DNA of 59,216 nt, taken from assembly GCA_964645575.1 (NCBI GenBank), contig CAZYAM010000003.1, positions 9,064 to 68,279 of the forward strand, in the 5' to 3' direction. Each line of letters begins with the position of its first letter. Positions within the stretch are counted from its first letter, which is position 1. The notes beneath the pieces were generated by a model. That model was not told where the DNA came from. It did not search any database and saw only the letters and a program-made list of their open reading frames with translations. This document shows positions 57,182 to 59,216 of the stretch, piece after piece. This stretch comes from an uncultured Ignavibacteriaceae bacterium. Lineage in GTDB: Bacteria > Bacteroidota > Ignavibacteria > UBA10030. The position numbers and the translations under genes are program-made.

Positions 57182-59212
57182 CTAATTCTCATCCATCAAT
57201 CCGCGATTTTTTAGCAATGCTTCAATGGCGGGCTTTCTGCCGCGGAATTGAATATACAATTTCATCGGGTCGTCCGTGCCGCCGCGTTCGAGTATGTTTT
57301 TCAGGAATGCTTGTGCTGTCGCCTGATCAAATATTCCTTTCTCTTTAAATGCCTCGAAGGCGTCCGTGTCCAGCACCTCTGCCCATAAGTAACTATAATA
57401 CCCGGCGGAATATCCACCGCTGAATATATGCGCGAAATATGGGCTGCGGTAGCGAACAACTATTTCAGGGATTAAACCGATCTTTGAAAGCGATTCCTTT
57501 TCAAACACGGAAGTGGTAATTGGCGCAGTGCTTGCGAGTGTATGCCAGTCCATATCAAGAAATGCTGCGGAAAGATATTCAACCGTTGCAAATCCCTGAT
57601 TAAACTTGCTGCTTTTCTGAATTTTATTAATGAGTTCCTGCGGAATCGGTTCGCCGGTTTTATAATGTCGTGCATATAACTTCAATACTTCAGGCTCGGA
57701 AGCCCAATGTTCCATAATCTGTGAAGGGAGCTCGACAAAGTCGCGCGGCACATTCGTACCGGCAAGACTCTCATATGTTACATTAGAAAGCAGTCCGTGC
57801 AGTGCATGGCCTAATTCATGAAAAAGCGTTTCGACTTCCTCGAAACTCAAGAGTGAGGGCTTATCGCCTGTCGGGCGTGAAAAATTCCCGACATTATAAA
57901 TAATCGGTGTTATCATAGAATCACCTAAACGATGCTGTATTCGAAGGGAACCCATCCATGCACCGGCGCGTTTTCCCGGCCGCGGAAAATAATCGGTATA
58001 GAAGATACCGATATGTGAGCCGTCGCTGCGGTTCACTTCAAAAACTTTTGCTTCGTCCACATATTTGGGAATGTCATTTCGCTCAATGAATCGAATACCG
58101 TAGAGTTTTGATGCCACTTCAAATGCTCCGTTTCGTACATTCTCCAGCAGAAAATACGGCCGGAGTTCATTCTCGTCCAGATCATATTTTGCCTTGCGCA
58201 CTTTTTCTGCATAGTACCACCAATCCCATGGCTCCAGCTTAAATTTACCGCCTTCAGCATCGATAATTTTTTGCATTTCAACTGTTTCATTTTTTGCCGC
58301 CTTAAGAGCCGGATCCCAGATCTTCTTCATAAAATCGTACACTGCCTGCGGAGTTTTTGCCATGTTGCGTTCCAGTACAAAATCGGCATGCGTTTTAAAG
58401 CCAAGAATATTTGCCCGCTCTACGCGCATGACGGCAATTCTTGCGACAATTTCTTTGTTGTCAAATTCATTATTGTTGTCGCCGCGATTGATATAAGCTT
58501 TGAATACTTTTTCACGAAGGGCGCGATTTTGTGCATATTGTAAAAATGGGATCATGCTCGGTTTGTGAACGGTGAACACCCATTTTCCTTCCATACCTGC
58601 TTTCTTCGCAGCTTCCGAGGCGGCGTCAATTGAACTCTGGGGCAAGCCCGCAAGATCATCTTTTTTATCAATGATCATTTTGAAGCCGTTCGTTTCTTTA
58701 AGAACATTATCGTCGAATTTTAGCGAGAGCATGGAAAGTTCTTCATTGAGTTTTCGGAAACGTTCTTTTGGGGCGCCTTTCAGGTTTGCACCGCCGCGTA
58801 CAAATCTTTTATAAATCTCCTCGGTCAGTTTTCGCTGTTCCGGTGTTAATGAGAGTTTATCGATATTCTCATATACACTTTTTACACGCTGAAATAATTT
58901 CTCGTTTAGATTAATATCATCGCGGTGCTTCGTGAGAAGGGGAGTGATTTCTGCCGCGATATTTTGTATTTCATCATTTGTGTTTGCATTGCGCAATGCA
59001 TTAAATACTCTGCCGACTTTATCCAAAAGTGTGCCGCTCAGTTCGAGCATAAGAATTGTATTATCAAACGTTGGTGATGCGGAATTATCAACAAGAGCGT
59101 CTATCTCTCCTTTTTGTTCTTCCATCCCGCTAATATATGCCGGTTTAAAATGTTCGATTTTTAGTAACTGCTCAGCGTAATTGAGGAATCGGAGATAAAG
59201 GATTACCGACAA
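57182..59212 (-). CDS. dcp: M3 family peptidyl-dipeptidase Dcp (5' end uncertain at window edge)
   Basis: EHFKPA, KRAGAWM, FHELGHALH, DFVELPSQIMEHW, YSAGYYSYLWAE. Confidence 0.9.
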   Translation of the reverse strand: MSVILYLRFLNYAEQLLKIEHFKPAYISGMEEQKGEIDALVDNSASPTFDNTILMLELSGTLLDKVGRVFNALRNANTNDEIQNIAAEITPLLTKHRDDINLNEKLFQRVKSVYENIDKLSLTPEQRKLTEEIYKRFVRGGANLKGAPKERFRKLNEELSMLSLKFDDNVLKETNGFKMIIDKKDDLAGLPQSSIDAASEAAKKAGMEGKWVFTVHKPSMIPFLQYAQNRALREKVFKAYINRGDNNNEFDNKEIVARIAVMRVERANILGFKTHADFVLERNMAKTPQAVYDFMKKIWDPALKAAKNETVEMQKIIDAEGGKFKLEPWDWWYYAEKVRKAKYDLDENELRPYFLLENVRNGAFEVASKLYGIRFIERNDIPKYVDEAKVFEVNRSDGSHIGIFYTDYFPRPGKRAGAWMGSLRIQHRLGDSMITPIIYNVGNFSRPTGDKPSLLSFEEVETLFHELGHALHGLLSNVTYESLAGTNVPRDFVELPSQIMEHWASEPEVLKLYARHYKTGEPIPQELINKIQKSSKFNQGFATVEYLSAAFLDMDWHTLASTAPITTSVFEKESLSKIGLIPEIVVRYRSPYFAHIFSGGYSAGYYSYLWAEVLDTDAFEAFKEKGIFDQATAQAFLKNILERGGTDDPMKLYIQFRGRKPAIEALLKNRGLMDEN

Positions 59213-59216
59213 AAAC

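Overview
Bacterial chromosomal window, probably from an Ignavibacteria-like (FCB group) organism. This is inferred from a T9SS C-terminal domain together with TTGACA-type promoters and Shine-Dalgarno sites. Positions 1-12.4 kb are housekeeping and envelope genes: a TPR/charged-helix repeat protein, tRNA-Pro, envC, TPR lipoproteins, cpoB-like, radA, rdgB and a cNMP-GAF histidine kinase. From about 12.5 kb to 57 kb is an accessory metal/redox region, and from 18.9 kb to 54.4 kb every credible gene is on the minus strand. Its core is a Fur-headed gene run (40247 down to about 20600) with a near-perfect Fur box. It combines orange-protein-like components (NifB/NifX-like carriers, two ferredoxin-inserted MinD-type ATPases, Mrp), two NifU-N scaffolds, DUF59, FeoAB, a CxxC TonB receptor, DpsL, a COG0731 radical SAM enzyme and four small proteins sharing an MPxx(D/N)xxGP N-terminal tag. 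Other features found by reading the DNA: three copies of a GAAYC-N16-CATC ECF-like promoter before thiol-redox genes, REP-like hairpins inserted in frame inside Fe-S ATPases, a DUF2946-like CxxC/HAPP leader before an ATPase-less metal uptake operon, a subclass B1 metallo-beta-lactamase, and several frameshifted or remnant genes. No integrase, transposase, CRISPR array or rRNA was seen. All family assignments come from motif recognition by eye, not from database searches.
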